From positions 21,013 to 85,012 of the forward strand of contig CAMKEH010000001.1 of NCBI GenBank assembly GCA_946411515.1: a DNA stretch of 64,000 bases. Reading direction: 5' to 3'. Each line of letters starts with the position of its first letter. The stretch's first letter is position 1. The DNA is from an uncultured Clostridium sp. GTDB lineage: Bacteria; Bacillota; Clostridia; TANB77; CAG-508. Positions 29,865 to 40,377 of the stretch are shown here, one piece after another. The notes under the pieces are model-generated. The model saw only the letters and a program-made list of their open reading frames with translations, made no database searches and was not told where the DNA came from. The position numbers and the translations under genes are program-made.

Positions 29865-31190
29865 TTAAAATGGATCTGTTAATTCAAAATCAATATATTC
29901 TTGATTCAGAGCTTCTAGTTGTTTTTGTGACAAATATTTTTTATTTATAATTGCTTGTAATAAAAATTCATCAAAATAATTATCATTCATAATATAATAA
30001 CCATTAAATTTCTTTTTGTCTCCATAACTATCTTCAATCTTCCACCTTTGTGGTTTTCCGTCTTTCAATAAATTTACTCCACAAATTGTCATACAATGAT
30101 GTGAATGTATATCATTTGTATTTAATGCTTCTTCTTTATTTAACAAATCAAATCCAAATGTTTCTTTATAATTATATAATCTAGTATCTAATACTCCTGA
30201 TTTTATATCTCTATATTTCATAATATTTATTCCTATGTATACAGGCGTATTGTCTTTTAATTGTTTAATAGATAATTCTTTTATTTCTTCTATAGGCAAA
30301 TTCAAAAATTCAATATAACTTTTTTCATGTACATTACCCCATATAGGTTTTCTATATAATTTATAAAATTCTTTATTATACATTTTTAAGCTAGATAAAG
30401 ATACAAAATCATTCAAATCAATTGTTAGAAATTTATTTTTAAATTCTCTAGGAGTTAAATTTTCAAATTTTATATATTTAGAATCTCTATCTTTATATTC
30501 ATAATCAAATTTTGATAATGGTTGTCCCAAAACTTTTGATAGAAATGTATAGTTTTCTTCTAAAAATTCTTCCTTTATTTTCCTTAATTCAACAATAGTT
30601 TTACTTTCTTTCTTAGCATTTATTAACTTTATACAATCTTTTTTTATTTTATCATCAAATAATGTTGTTATCTTTTCAAAATTCAAACTCTCAAATGCAT
30701 CTGGCATATATTCATATGGCATTAATCCATATTTATCAACTATAGATTTAAACCATTGCCAACATCCTTCTTCTCTTACTCCATAATCTAAAATTTGATT
30801 TTTATTTATATAATCCCAATCTACATTTTCTGAATTTATAATATTTTCATATGTATTATTAGATTTTTCTAGTTTATCAAAAAATGCTATATAATTATTA
30901 GATAAAGCAAAATTTTCTAAATCAATATTTAAATTTTGTGCCATATTATATTTTATAAAATTTAATCCCGCATAAATCCAACATCTATAATTATCTTTTT
31001 GATCATACCTTTTTCCTTCAGGTAATTCTAAATTGAAAATTGGTTGATTTTCTATTATTATGTTATTATCAATACAAGAATTTTCTAAACCATTCTTCGT
31101 TATTGCATTTTCTATTATTTTATTTGTTTGATTAGAATTATATTTTCTAATAAACTTATTTATTATTTCACTTGTAATTTGCTTGTTCAT
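29865..31190 (-). CDS. Peptidase C1B family (aminopeptidase C/bleomycin hydrolase-like)
   Basis: DQKDNYRCWIYAG, FFDKLEKSN, HHCMTICGV, WKIEDSYG. Confidence 0.85.
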   Translation of the reverse strand: MNKQITSEIINKFIRKYNSNQTNKIIENAITKNGLENSCIDNNIIIENQPIFNLELPEGKRYDQKDNYRCWIYAGLNFIKYNMAQNLNIDLENFALSNNYIAFFDKLEKSNNTYENIINSENVDWDYINKNQILDYGVREEGCWQWFKSIVDKYGLMPYEYMPDAFESLNFEKITTLFDDKIKKDCIKLINAKKESKTIVELRKIKEEFLEENYTFLSKVLGQPLSKFDYEYKDRDSKYIKFENLTPREFKNKFLTIDLNDFVSLSSLKMYNKEFYKLYRKPIWGNVHEKSYIEFLNLPIEEIKELSIKQLKDNTPVYIGINIMKYRDIKSGVLDTRLYNYKETFGFDLLNKEEALNTNDIHSHHCMTICGVNLLKDGKPQRWKIEDSYGDKKKFNGYYIMNDNYFDEFLLQAIINKKYLSQKQLEALNQEYIDFELTDPF

Positions 31191-31247
31191 ATGTTTCCTC
31201 CTAATAATTCATTTTATAAATTATTTTTGATTTCTTGCAGTTTTATA

Positions 31248-32075
31248 TTACTCGTCCAAATACTCATATATATTTTTCTTATATTCTTCTAAAACTTTAT
31301 GTCTAAATTCTTCATCTAATTTATCTAAACTCATATAAGGACTTGTATCTTCTATTTCTAAAAGTAAAAATTCATCATTTTCTAATCTTAAAAAATCAAT
31401 CCTCTGAAATCCAACCTTTAAATTTGATTCTTTTGAAAATTCATGTGCTAATTTTTCTTGTTCTTTTGATAATGTAATTAAATGTGGCTCTGGATAATCT
31501 GGATATTTAGACGGTGTATATTCATATACATACATTAATTTGTCTGCAACAAAATAACATTGTACTTCTGATTTAAATTTTATTTTTGGTTGTATTAAAT
31601 ATCCTTCCTTAAATTCTTTATCAAGATCTTCTTTCTTTATTATTTTTTGTCCAAAACCACTACCAAATGAATTTATTTTCTTTAAAACATATTCTGTATA
31701 ACTATTAAATTCCTTCGCATTTTCTATAGTATTAGCAGTAGGTATAACTTTTTTTCCTTCTTTATATAATTTATATAGATATTCTTTACCTTCTCCATCC
31801 AATCCATCAAGATTTACAGTTTTTATATTTTTTGTAATTAATCTACATTTTAATAGTTTACTATTTATATAATAATTATATATTTCTTTATCATTTTCTA
31901 CCCATGTATTTCTTCTAATTATTACATCAAATTTACTATCTAAACTTTCATCGTAATCTACCCACAATAATTCTACATAGTGTCCATCTTTTCTAAAAGA
32001 TTCTGCAATATATGTATCTTCTGTAATACCATCGTTTTCTTTATTAGATAATATTAAAATATTATATTTTTTCAT
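31248..32075 (-). CDS. ATP-grasp fold protein (RimK/GshB-like)
   Basis: VLKKINSFGSG, YLIQPKI, RIDFL...LLLEIE. Confidence 0.65.
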   Translation of the reverse strand: MKKYNILILSNKENDGITEDTYIAESFRKDGHYVELLWVDYDESLDSKFDVIIRRNTWVENDKEIYNYYINSKLLKCRLITKNIKTVNLDGLDGEGKEYLYKLYKEGKKVIPTANTIENAKEFNSYTEYVLKKINSFGSGFGQKIIKKEDLDKEFKEGYLIQPKIKFKSEVQCYFVADKLMYVYEYTPSKYPDYPEPHLITLSKEQEKLAHEFSKESNLKVGFQRIDFLRLENDEFLLLEIEDTSPYMSLDKLDEEFRHKVLEEYKKNIYEYLDE

Positions 32076-32181
32076 TACTATTCTCCCAACTTTAGATATT
32101 TTTTTAGGCTTTTTATTACTACTATATATAAAACTATCTAGCTATTATTAATAATTATATCATATATATGGATAAGAATAT

Positions 32182-33442
32182 TTATATGTTCATTTCTTTA
32201 ACTCTGCTTTTAGACATATACTTTTGTAATATACAATAAATTATGAAAGATATCCATACGCCTATTATTCCTAATGGAGTATAAGCCAAAATAGTTGCTA
32301 TAATTATTTTTATAAATGAACTTATGAAATTTCTCTTTGCTAAAAACTTAAAGTCTCTTATTCCTCTTATAATCGAATAATAGTAAGTTGCACTCATTTC
32401 TATAAAAATTGCTAGCAATAATATAGGTAATACGTTGAAGAATATTGTTTGCAAGTCTGGTTGATTTAATGATATTTTCATTATAATAATAGATATTGTT
32501 AAAGTGGCTAAAGGAACTATAATAGAAGCTTCGTTTATTAATTTTTTTGCAACATGTTTTACATTGCTCATATAGTTTGTATCTTTTTTTCCAGATGCTA
32601 TTCCAACACTTATAGTAATTCCGTCCCCAAATCCTTGAATAAAAGAGCCTATTATATCTTTAATCTGTATTAATATAACATGTACTGCATATTCAGTTTC
32701 TCCCATTCGAGAAACCAAGATATTAAATACGAAATTATCTATTCTTGTAACTATTCTTTCAACAAAATTCCACTTAAATAAATCTAATATATTTTTAATT
32801 ATATTTTTATTATATTTATATTTTATTGACTTTCTAGATTTGACTAATAAATATATACTTAATATTGTGTCTAATGTGATTGTTACTAGTGCAACTCCTA
32901 CAATTTCATATCCTAATTTTACTACTAGAATATCAAAGATCAAATTAGCTATTACAGCAAAAATTCTTAGTTTTAAGATATTGCCTTGATTTCCTAATGT
33001 TCTTTGTTGCCCTGATAAAACCGTTACAATTGAGCTTTGAATAAATCCAATTAACCTTATAAATAAATATGTATTACAAACTTTATCAACATTAAACATT
33101 GTTGGAAAAATTGGCATTATTAGTAATACTATTAATATTGTAATTACTGATATAATTAATGTTAATATAACTGAATTTCCTGATATTAGTTTTATTTTGT
33201 TTTCATTGTTTTCACCTATTGCTTTTGCAATGAGTGAACTATTAGTTACATTTACTGTTTGTATACTCATTTGCATTATATTTATAATTACTGCCATTGC
33301 GCCTATTGCACCAAGCTCTTTTATTCCGTATTGTAGAAATCACTATAGTATCTACTAATGTCATAAATACATTAATTAAGTTTTCAAAAGCAATTGGTAG
33401 TGATATTTTTAACTGTTTTCTTGTATCTAATCTTTCTTCCAT
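32182..33442 (-). CDS. MATE family efflux transporter; +1 shift at CGG, extra C at 33328
   Basis: ISLPIAFENL...LVDT. ATA-C-GGA restores STIGIKELGAIGAMA. About 12 TM helices; joined length 419 aa. Confidence 0.85.
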
Positions 33443-33463
33443 CTTTTTTTCCTTTTATTTTAT

Positions 33464-34183
33464 CTATATTTCAATAATATCTCCATCCATTGGAAAGTTT
33501 ACTATATCTGTATATTTAACTTTATAATCTCCTCTATGTATAGCATAAAACCTACAATTATTATATTTTTTTGCAATTTTTACATAATCTTCTAAACCAA
33601 TATGGTTATCATCTGTTAATAATCCATTTACATCCGAAAACATATAATCTACTTTATTACAAATATCGTAAAATCCATCAAACAAAGTCATATCACAGCA
33701 ATATGCTAATTTTTTATTTTCTTTTTCTAAAATATATCCCTGTACTGGCTTACAAATTCCATGCTTTAATGGTACAGCAGTTATCGTAAAATTATCTCTT
33801 TGAAATTTTTCTCCTTCATTTAATTCTACGAATTCTATATTGTATTTTTCTTCAATTTTATCATATTTATGTTCGTTTCCATCTGAGTGAGTAAATTTCA
33901 TTGATTCTATTACTTTATTTCTTAAACCTTTTGCTCCAATTAAAACTATTTTTTCTTCGTTTCTAGTTTCTTTTCCTATTAGTAAGTTAGGTATATCAAA
34001 AAAATGGTCAGAATGATAATGAGATATACAGATATATTTTACAGCTGTTGTATATATTTTCATTCTTTGTAATTGTTTAACAGTTCCCATTCCTATATCA
34101 AATAATATATCATCAACTAATACACTAGTATTGCCTCTTTCTATTGATGACATCGTTCCTGTTCCTATAAATGTTACTTTCAT
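33464..34183 (-). CDS. Metallo-beta-lactamase fold hydrolase (RNase Z-like)
   Basis: TFIGTG, FDIG, ISHYHSDH, AYCCD, DNH, AIH. Confidence 0.8.
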   Translation of the reverse strand: MKVTFIGTGTMSSIERGNTSVLVDDILFDIGMGTVKQLQRMKIYTTAVKYICISHYHSDHFFDIPNLLIGKETRNEEKIVLIGAKGLRNKVIESMKFTHSDGNEHKYDKIEEKYNIEFVELNEGEKFQRDNFTITAVPLKHGICKPVQGYILEKENKKLAYCCDMTLFDGFYDICNKVDYMFSDVNGLLTDDNHIGLEDYVKIAKKYNNCRFYAIHRGDYKVKYTDIVNFPMDGDIIEI

Positions 34184-34227
34184 GTTTTTCTCCTTTAAAG
34201 TTTATGCTTTTTAATATTCTAATAATT

Positions 34228-34752
34228 TTAGTAATTACTTAATTTATATTCTTTTATAAGTACCATATCAGAATTATATACCCATATATATTTAACTTTT
34301 GCAACAAATGGTACAAATTTATCATTTGCTAATTTAATTGATTTATCTAAGCAGTCACTTGTACATAATGTTGCGTGTGGCATATATTTTCTTGTTCTTC
34401 TTTTATCCTGCATATAAATATCTAATTTTTCATTAAATAATTGTTTCAAATCTAGCAATATTTCTTTATTATGTGGTTCTATATATAACGTTTCATCATA
34501 AAAACTATTTAGTTTTCTAAAACCTATATCAAATTGTTTTATATCTTTCACAATTAAATCTAATTTAGAAAGAAACTCTTTTTCATTCTTACAATCATAT
34601 AAATCTATTGTTACATGTGGTAGCCATTTTCTTTCTCTATCTTCAATCCCATTAGCTTTTAAATAATCTTTTATTTCTTGAATTCTCATAGAAGATTTGT
34701 TATCAAACCCATATTGTAATACATAATCATACATTTTCTGTTTTTTCCTCAT
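34228..34752 (-). CDS. 2H phosphoesterase (2'-5' RNA ligase family)
   Basis: Two HxT motifs: PHVTI and PHATL. Confidence 0.8.
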   Translation of the reverse strand: MRKKQKMYDYVLQYGFDNKSSMRIQEIKDYLKANGIEDRERKWLPHVTIDLYDCKNEKEFLSKLDLIVKDIKQFDIGFRKLNSFYDETLYIEPHNKEILLDLKQLFNEKLDIYMQDKRRTRKYMPHATLCTSDCLDKSIKLANDKFVPFVAKVKYIWVYNSDMVLIKEYKLSNY

Positions 34753-34839
34753 TTCTTTCTAATTTTAACCTTTTTTCTTTATTTAATCTAGATAGCACTA
34801 AGGTATTAAATAATAGAAAATTTTGATGAAGTAAATAAA

Positions 34840-35283
34840 TTATTTTTTAATCACTTTTATAAATGCTTTATCTCTATTTTCATCGTATTCTAATTTTCTA
34901 TATAACTCATGTGCGCCAGTTCTGTGAAATCCACTAAATAACCATATTCTTGATATATCATCATAACTTCTTGCTATTTCTTCTGCTTTATTCATCAGTT
35001 TAGTTGCTATTCCCATTCTTCTACATTCTTCTTTTACCGCCAAATCCCATATGGTTGCTTCTCTACCAGATGGTAATGTAATTATGTATAACATCATTGC
35101 TCCTACCAAATTATCTTCTATATAATATCCTAAAGCATATATATCTTTGTTCTCTTTTAATTCTTTATAGTTTTTTTCAATTTCTTCATATTCTGCTTTA
35201 TTGTTAAGGACTTCTCTGTCTATTTCCCATAATTGTTTTAAATCTCTTTCTTGTATTTTATCAACTATATTATTTCTTTTCAT
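34840..35283 (-). CDS. GNAT acetyltransferase
   Basis: DLAVKEECRRMGIA, AHELYRKLEY. Confidence 0.88.
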   Translation of the reverse strand: MKRNNIVDKIQERDLKQLWEIDREVLNNKAEYEEIEKNYKELKENKDIYALGYYIEDNLVGAMMLYIITLPSGREATIWDLAVKEECRRMGIATKLMNKAEEIARSYDDISRIWLFSGFHRTGAHELYRKLEYDENRDKAFIKVIKK

Positions 35284-36435
35284 TTATATATTTTTCCCTT
35301 CTTTTTTTATATAAATATTTATCAACAAAGTAGAAATTATAGATAATAAGAATATTATAATAAATATTTTTTCACCAATAAAACTACTTAATAAAGCTAA
35401 AATTGCAAATACAACTAATTCTGTAAAGCATAAGCTCATTTGTCCTACTGAAGATAATAATTCATTATTTTCTTTAGATTCCTTTATTATATTCTGTATT
35501 GATGTTTGTATTGATGTTTCATATACTTTTTCAAAATTATCATTTAACATTTTATTAATTGATACTACAATTTTATTTTTAGTAACTAAAAATACTCCTG
35601 ATATTATTGCTTTTATAATTGTGACTAAATTATTTGCCTTAGATATATTTTTATCAGAATATTTTCCTATTAATATTATTGTTATAATTTGCAATATTAA
35701 CGATATTCCCATTATTGATGAGAAAGTATAAAAATCTTTTAATGCTATAAATAAGTATAATGGTACAAATTGTCTTTCTATAATGTGGCTTGTCCTTAAT
35801 GCATATATAATTTTATACTTACTTTTACTCTTTAAAATATATTTCATTGATTCTTTAAACGCGCTTGTTTTATTTTCTACTTTATAATCTATTTTTTTAA
35901 TAAATAGATATTGTAAAAAGAATAATATTGCTATTAGTGAAAATAAAACCATATTATTGTCTGTTATAACTCCCCACGCTACTAAACATGTAGCTAATAC
36001 CTGTGAAAATATTTTACATAGCATTTTAAAACTATTAACTCTTCCCCTATGTTCTGTATCTACATATCTACTTGATAAAGCATCTGAAGCTGGATTTGAT
36101 ATTCCCATCAGTCCCATTGCTAATATAAAGATTATTATATTTCTATAAAGATTACTACTATCTAACATAAAGTATGCAGTTATAATACTAAATATATTTG
36201 AAATTAGTATACATTTTGCAATTCCTAATTTTGAAGATATACTAATAAATAATGGCGTAGTAAATCCTGTTATTCCAAATCTTAATCCATATATCAATAA
36301 AATTAACCATATTGGTATTCCTGCTTTATATAGCATTACTGTTCCAAACATTTCAATTAATGCATTAGCAAAATCATATGATATTCTTGATAAGTACATA
36401 TACTTGTATTCTTTTTTGTAAAAATATTCTTTCAT
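35284..36435 (-). CDS. MFS-type transporter
   Basis: About 12 TM helices, GKYSDK loop motif. Confidence 0.7.
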   Translation of the reverse strand: MKEYFYKKEYKYMYLSRISYDFANALIEMFGTVMLYKAGIPIWLILLIYGLRFGITGFTTPLFISISSKLGIAKCILISNIFSIITAYFMLDSSNLYRNIIIFILAMGLMGISNPASDALSSRYVDTEHRGRVNSFKMLCKIFSQVLATCLVAWGVITDNNMVLFSLIAILFFLQYLFIKKIDYKVENKTSAFKESMKYILKSKSKYKIIYALRTSHIIERQFVPLYLFIALKDFYTFSSIMGISLILQIITIILIGKYSDKNISKANNLVTIIKAIISGVFLVTKNKIVVSINKMLNDNFEKVYETSIQTSIQNIIKESKENNELLSSVGQMSLCFTELVVFAILALLSSFIGEKIFIIIFLLSIISTLLINIYIKKEGKNI

Positions 36436-36989
36436 TTTTTCTCTTTAAATTCTTCATAAAAACTATATTTTTTTATTTCACAATTTTTTTGTGTTCCTAA
36501 TTTCCATATCTTGCCATCTTTTGGCATTCCATTAAAATATGTATATATTGCTCTTGCTACTCCATTGTGTGTAACTATTAAAATATTTTTATCTTTATAA
36601 TTTTTAATTATATCATCAAGCGAAGAATAAACTCTTTTTAATAACTCATCCACTGTTTCAACATTTTTGTATTTTGTAGAATAGAAATTCCAATACTTTT
36701 CTCTATCTACCATTTGATATGGTTTTAATGTTATTTCTCCTGTATCTCTTTCTATCAATCTATCATCATAAATTATTGGAATGTTATTTCTATTTATAAT
36801 TTCTGCTGTATGTCTTGCTCTTTTCATTGGAGAACATATTATTAGCTCTATATTAATGTTATTTAGTTTATCTTTTACCTTTTGAGCTTGCTCGATTCCT
36901 GTTTCATTTATATCTTCATCTGTTCTTCCATTAAAGAGTCCTAAATCATTATTGTTTGTTCTTCCATGTCTTATAACATATATATTCAT
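36432..36989 (-). CDS. Histidine phosphatase family protein
   Basis: RHGRT, CSPMKRARHTA, LIERDTG, VTHNG. Confidence 0.9.
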   Translation of the reverse strand: MNIYVIRHGRTNNNDLGLFNGRTDEDINETGIEQAQKVKDKLNNINIELIICSPMKRARHTAEIINRNNIPIIYDDRLIERDTGEITLKPYQMVDREKYWNFYSTKYKNVETVDELLKRVYSSLDDIIKNYKDKNILIVTHNGVARAIYTYFNGMPKDGKIWKLGTQKNCEIKKYSFYEEFKEKK

Positions 36990-37009
36990 AAAATAATCCC
37001 TTCATATAA

Positions 37010-37264
37010 CTATTTCAATTTCCAATTAGTAAAATTATATAATTCTTGATATGTATACTCTTCTATTCTTCCTTTTCCATTTGATTTATTATCAATAAAA
37101 TCATCATGGAAAATAACGATTTTGTTGTCCTTAGTTTTTTGTAAATCTAATTCAATTCCATTTGCTCCTAGTTCTATTGCTTTTCTAAAAGCTGACATAG
37201 TATTTTCAGGAGCATAACTAGATGCACCTCTATGTGCGTAATTTATAAATTTATCTCTTTTCAT
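37010..37264 (-). pseudogene. 3'-truncated glycerophosphodiester phosphodiesterase
   Basis: [22 protein letters not shown]; stops at 84 aa and the remainder is absent in all frames. Confidence 0.8.
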
Positions 37265-37300
37265 TTTAATAATAACTTCTTTCTATAATAAATCTAAAAA

Positions 37301-37954
37301 CTATTTATTTTGATTTTCACTTTTATAATAGTATTTATTATATAGTGGATTAATTGTATTTCTTGGATAACTAATTATATTTTCTACATCAGCATCTATT
37401 GAGTCTGCATAACTAACTATATATGCTTCTGCCATATGCTTGTTTAAAGTATCCATATGTGTTGCAATTATATGTAGAGCTTGATATTTGAATTTTTCTG
37501 AAATATTTTCTCTATCTAAATATTCTTCAACTATTTTTTCGCCAATGTAAACATGATCTACTAATAAATATTTATAATTAAGATTTGATTTAACTTCACT
37601 ACTTTCGTTCCATTTATCAAATATTTTTGTTTTTCCAATATCGTGTAATATTGCTCCAAAAATAACTAAGTCCATATCAATTTCTTCTTTGTAGTTTATT
37701 CCTATATTATAAGCATTTCTTGTAACATTATATAAATGATCTAACAATCCACCATCAAAGCATTGATGAGTTCTGTTATATCTATTCATTTCTATACCGT
37801 CATGTCCTGCTCCTCTACAAAATAATTCTTCTTTATAATCATTTAATATTTCTATACATACTCTTTTTAATATATCATTTTCTATTTTTTCTGCATATTT
37901 TATTAATCCTTCAAATCTTTCCTCTTTTTCATTTTTTGTTAAATTCTTAAACAT
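37301..37954 (-). CDS. HD-domain phosphohydrolase (YhaM-like HD)
   Basis: HQCFDGGLLDH, ILHDIGK, IATH, YADSID. Confidence 0.8.
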   Translation of the reverse strand: MFKNLTKNEKEERFEGLIKYAEKIENDILKRVCIEILNDYKEELFCRGAGHDGIEMNRYNRTHQCFDGGLLDHLYNVTRNAYNIGINYKEEIDMDLVIFGAILHDIGKTKIFDKWNESSEVKSNLNYKYLLVDHVYIGEKIVEEYLDRENISEKFKYQALHIIATHMDTLNKHMAEAYIVSYADSIDADVENIISYPRNTINPLYNKYYYKSENQNK

Positions 37955-38027
37955 ATATACCCCCTATTTTTAAATTTATTTGTATTTTTTGTTCAATTTT
38001 AGTTATATTCCAATCAAAATTAATATA

Positions 38028-38120
38028 TTATTTATTCAAATATTCTAACTGTTTTTGTGATAAATATTTTTTATTTATAATTGCTTGTAATAGGAATTCA
38101 TCAAAATAATTATCGTTCAT
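38028..38120 (-). pseudogene. Remnant of a second pepC 3' end
   Basis: MNDNYFDEFLLQAIINKKYLSQKQLE is identical to the C-terminal region of 29865-31190. Confidence 0.85.
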
Positions 38121-38121
38121 A

Positions 38122-38730
38122 TTATAAATTATCTTTTATTTCAGGAAATAAATCATAAAGATTATAACCTAATAAATTATCAAAATATGCTTTTAATTTA
38201 TATGTTTCTTTTACATGATATTGTGTGTTTGCATGTGCTCCTTTTCTTAAAATTAAATCAATTAATCTTTTATCTATCGTGTATACTTTTCCTCCTGGCG
38301 GGCACATCAAATCACATAAATTAATTATTTTTTCTTCGATAGAATATTTATGTTTTTTTACAAATTCTGATATAAATGGTTCTTCTTCTGGATTCTTGAC
38401 TCCTCCTGCAACACAATTAATATCATTATTTAGATATGAATGAGTTATACATATATTGCAATAGTCTTCATCATAACCTTGTTCTTTCATATAGTTATAT
38501 CCATTTATTTCATGTCCATATGGTAATTCTATCATTTTGCCTATATCATGCACATAACCTAAAATTCTTGTTTTTTCAGGATCTACATTATAACCTTTTT
38601 CAACCAATGCTTCTGCAATTTTAGCTCCAGTATCCCCAACATAAATACAATGGTCTATCCATTTATCTTCTTCAGTGTGCTTTCTTGCGTTTTCTAATAT
38701 ATTTTGTACCTCTTTATTCGATGGTATCAT
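38122..38730 (-). CDS. HD-domain protein
   Basis: DHCIYVG, VHDIGK, HEING, ITHSY, NLCD. Confidence 0.82.
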   Translation of the reverse strand: MIPSNKEVQNILENARKHTEEDKWIDHCIYVGDTGAKIAEALVEKGYNVDPEKTRILGYVHDIGKMIELPYGHEINGYNYMKEQGYDEDYCNICITHSYLNNDINCVAGGVKNPEEEPFISEFVKKHKYSIEEKIINLCDLMCPPGGKVYTIDKRLIDLILRKGAHANTQYHVKETYKLKAYFDNLLGYNLYDLFPEIKDNL

Positions 38731-38735
38731 AAATC

Positions 38736-39308
38736 TTATTCTCCTCTATTTATATTTCGTTTTTCTTTTAAATTAATTATATTAACATTGAAGGTATTTG
38801 AAATTACATTTGATAGTTGTGAATCAGCTGTCATATTTGTATACCTTTTTTGCATAATAGAATCAGTTATTTCATATTCTTTATTAGTACATAATACTTC
38901 ATACCATACTCCAGTATCTTCATAGTATTTGTTTGTATCATAAAAACCATTTCTTAAATAGAAATTTTTTCTTTTTATACTAATTTCATCTATTGCCATA
39001 TCGATTGACAAAAACAAAGTTTTATATTTTTGTTTTAACTCTTTTAATATTTTAGATCCATAATTTTTATTTCTTAATTCAGATTCTACTGCCAAATACA
39101 TAAGGTAATGTGCATCATCACAATTAACTATATAACACATAGCAATAAATTTGTCATTATCAAGTATTGCACACAAATCCGAATTATCTTCTTTTGAACA
39201 TTCTTCTAAAATCCAAAAAGGAAATCTTTCTTCTTTTGGAAATGCACTTAAATACAATTTTTCTATTTTATCTTTATATCTTAAACTATTACAATAATTA
39301 AAATACAT
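38736..39308 (-). CDS. GNAT acetyltransferase
   Basis: YLAVESELRNKNYGS, FYLRNGF. Confidence 0.85.
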   Translation of the reverse strand: MYFNYCNSLRYKDKIEKLYLSAFPKEERFPFWILEECSKEDNSDLCAILDNDKFIAMCYIVNCDDAHYLMYLAVESELRNKNYGSKILKELKQKYKTLFLSIDMAIDEISIKRKNFYLRNGFYDTNKYYEDTGVWYEVLCTNKEYEITDSIMQKRYTNMTADSQLSNVISNTFNVNIINLKEKRNINRGE

Positions 39309-39317
39309 GCTTTCTAC

Positions 39318-39815
39318 CTACTTTATATCATTTACATCAATAGTTCGTATACCATTATTATTTAAATATTCAATAGTATCTTTGTTATCATCTATGAATA
39401 TAATCTCATCAAGATTACAATTATTAACCATTTGAATAATCTTTGTACCATCTAGCTTTGATTCTTGTGTTGTTGTTGATAAAATTTCAATATCATCTCC
39501 ATAATGTTTATTAATGAAACTTTGTTTTGCTTTTAAATGAAATGAAAACTTCATTCCTGACAAACAATACATTTTAATATTTTTAGTTCTTAATTTTTTA
39601 GTAAAATTATATAATATTTCTGATTTTACACATGGTTCAATAGTTTCAAAAAACATATCTGGATTTTTATACGCATTTAAGTAATATCCTAATCTTTTCT
39701 CCTCACTTTCATTTCTATGTTTTACAAAGTCTTTATCTTTATGTATTGCAAGCGTTTCATCAAAATCAAATATTACTACTTTTATATTATCTAAATTTAT
39801 ATCTTCTAATTTCAT
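39318..39815 (-). CDS. HAD superfamily hydrolase
   Basis: FDFDETL, LSG, FIDD. Confidence 0.75.
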   Translation of the reverse strand: MKLEDINLDNIKVVIFDFDETLAIHKDKDFVKHRNESEEKRLGYYLNAYKNPDMFFETIEPCVKSEILYNFTKKLRTKNIKMYCLSGMKFSFHLKAKQSFINKHYGDDIEILSTTTQESKLDGTKIIQMVNNCNLDEIIFIDDNKDTIEYLNNNGIRTIDVNDIK

Positions 39816-39826
39816 TTTTTATCTCC

Positions 39827-40372
39827 TTAAACAATTAATTTTTCTTTTTTTAATACATCTTCCAAAAATTCGTTTTTATTTATAATTAGTAATTTTTTAG
39901 GATGGTATTTTTCTATTTTGGCGTTCCAATCATGTAAATTTTTTTTGAGTTTCTCTGTAAAAACTTTATTATTTCCTCTTAAATAACATCTTTCTTCAAG
40001 AATTTTCTCACTATCTAGTGTAGGGTATGCTAAATAATAATCAATTTGATTCTCTTCAAGGAAGTCTAATAAATGCCAATGCATTGATGTTAGTATTACA
40101 TCATATTTTTTTCTTGCTTCTACAACTGCTTTATGATAATTGATAGGCCATTCTTTATTTTCTGGTCTTAATTTTTTTCCTTTTCTTTGTTCATAAGGTA
40201 TATGTTCAAATCCTGTATTATCCCACCTATAATAACCAGATTCTAAATCTATAATATTATTATATTTATTACCAAGAGTCGTCTTTCCTATCGCTCCAAA
40301 TCCTGCAATAATAATTCCATTATTATTTTTGTTTTTTGAAATTATTTTTGTTTCTTTATTTGTTATTTCCAT
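39827..40372 (-). CDS. P-loop NTPase/kinase-like protein
   Basis: AGFGAIGKTT Walker A, IIDLES. Confidence 0.65.
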   Translation of the reverse strand: MEITNKETKIISKNKNNNGIIIAGFGAIGKTTLGNKYNNIIDLESGYYRWDNTGFEHIPYEQRKGKKLRPENKEWPINYHKAVVEARKKYDVILTSMHWHLLDFLEENQIDYYLAYPTLDSEKILEERCYLRGNNKVFTEKLKKNLHDWNAKIEKYHPKKLLIINKNEFLEDVLKKEKLIV

Positions 40373-40377
40373 AAACT

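Noticed and set aside
37010-37264. GDPD fragment as another recoding site
   Set aside because: No CGG at the break and the rest of the gene is absent in all frames; this is a true truncation.
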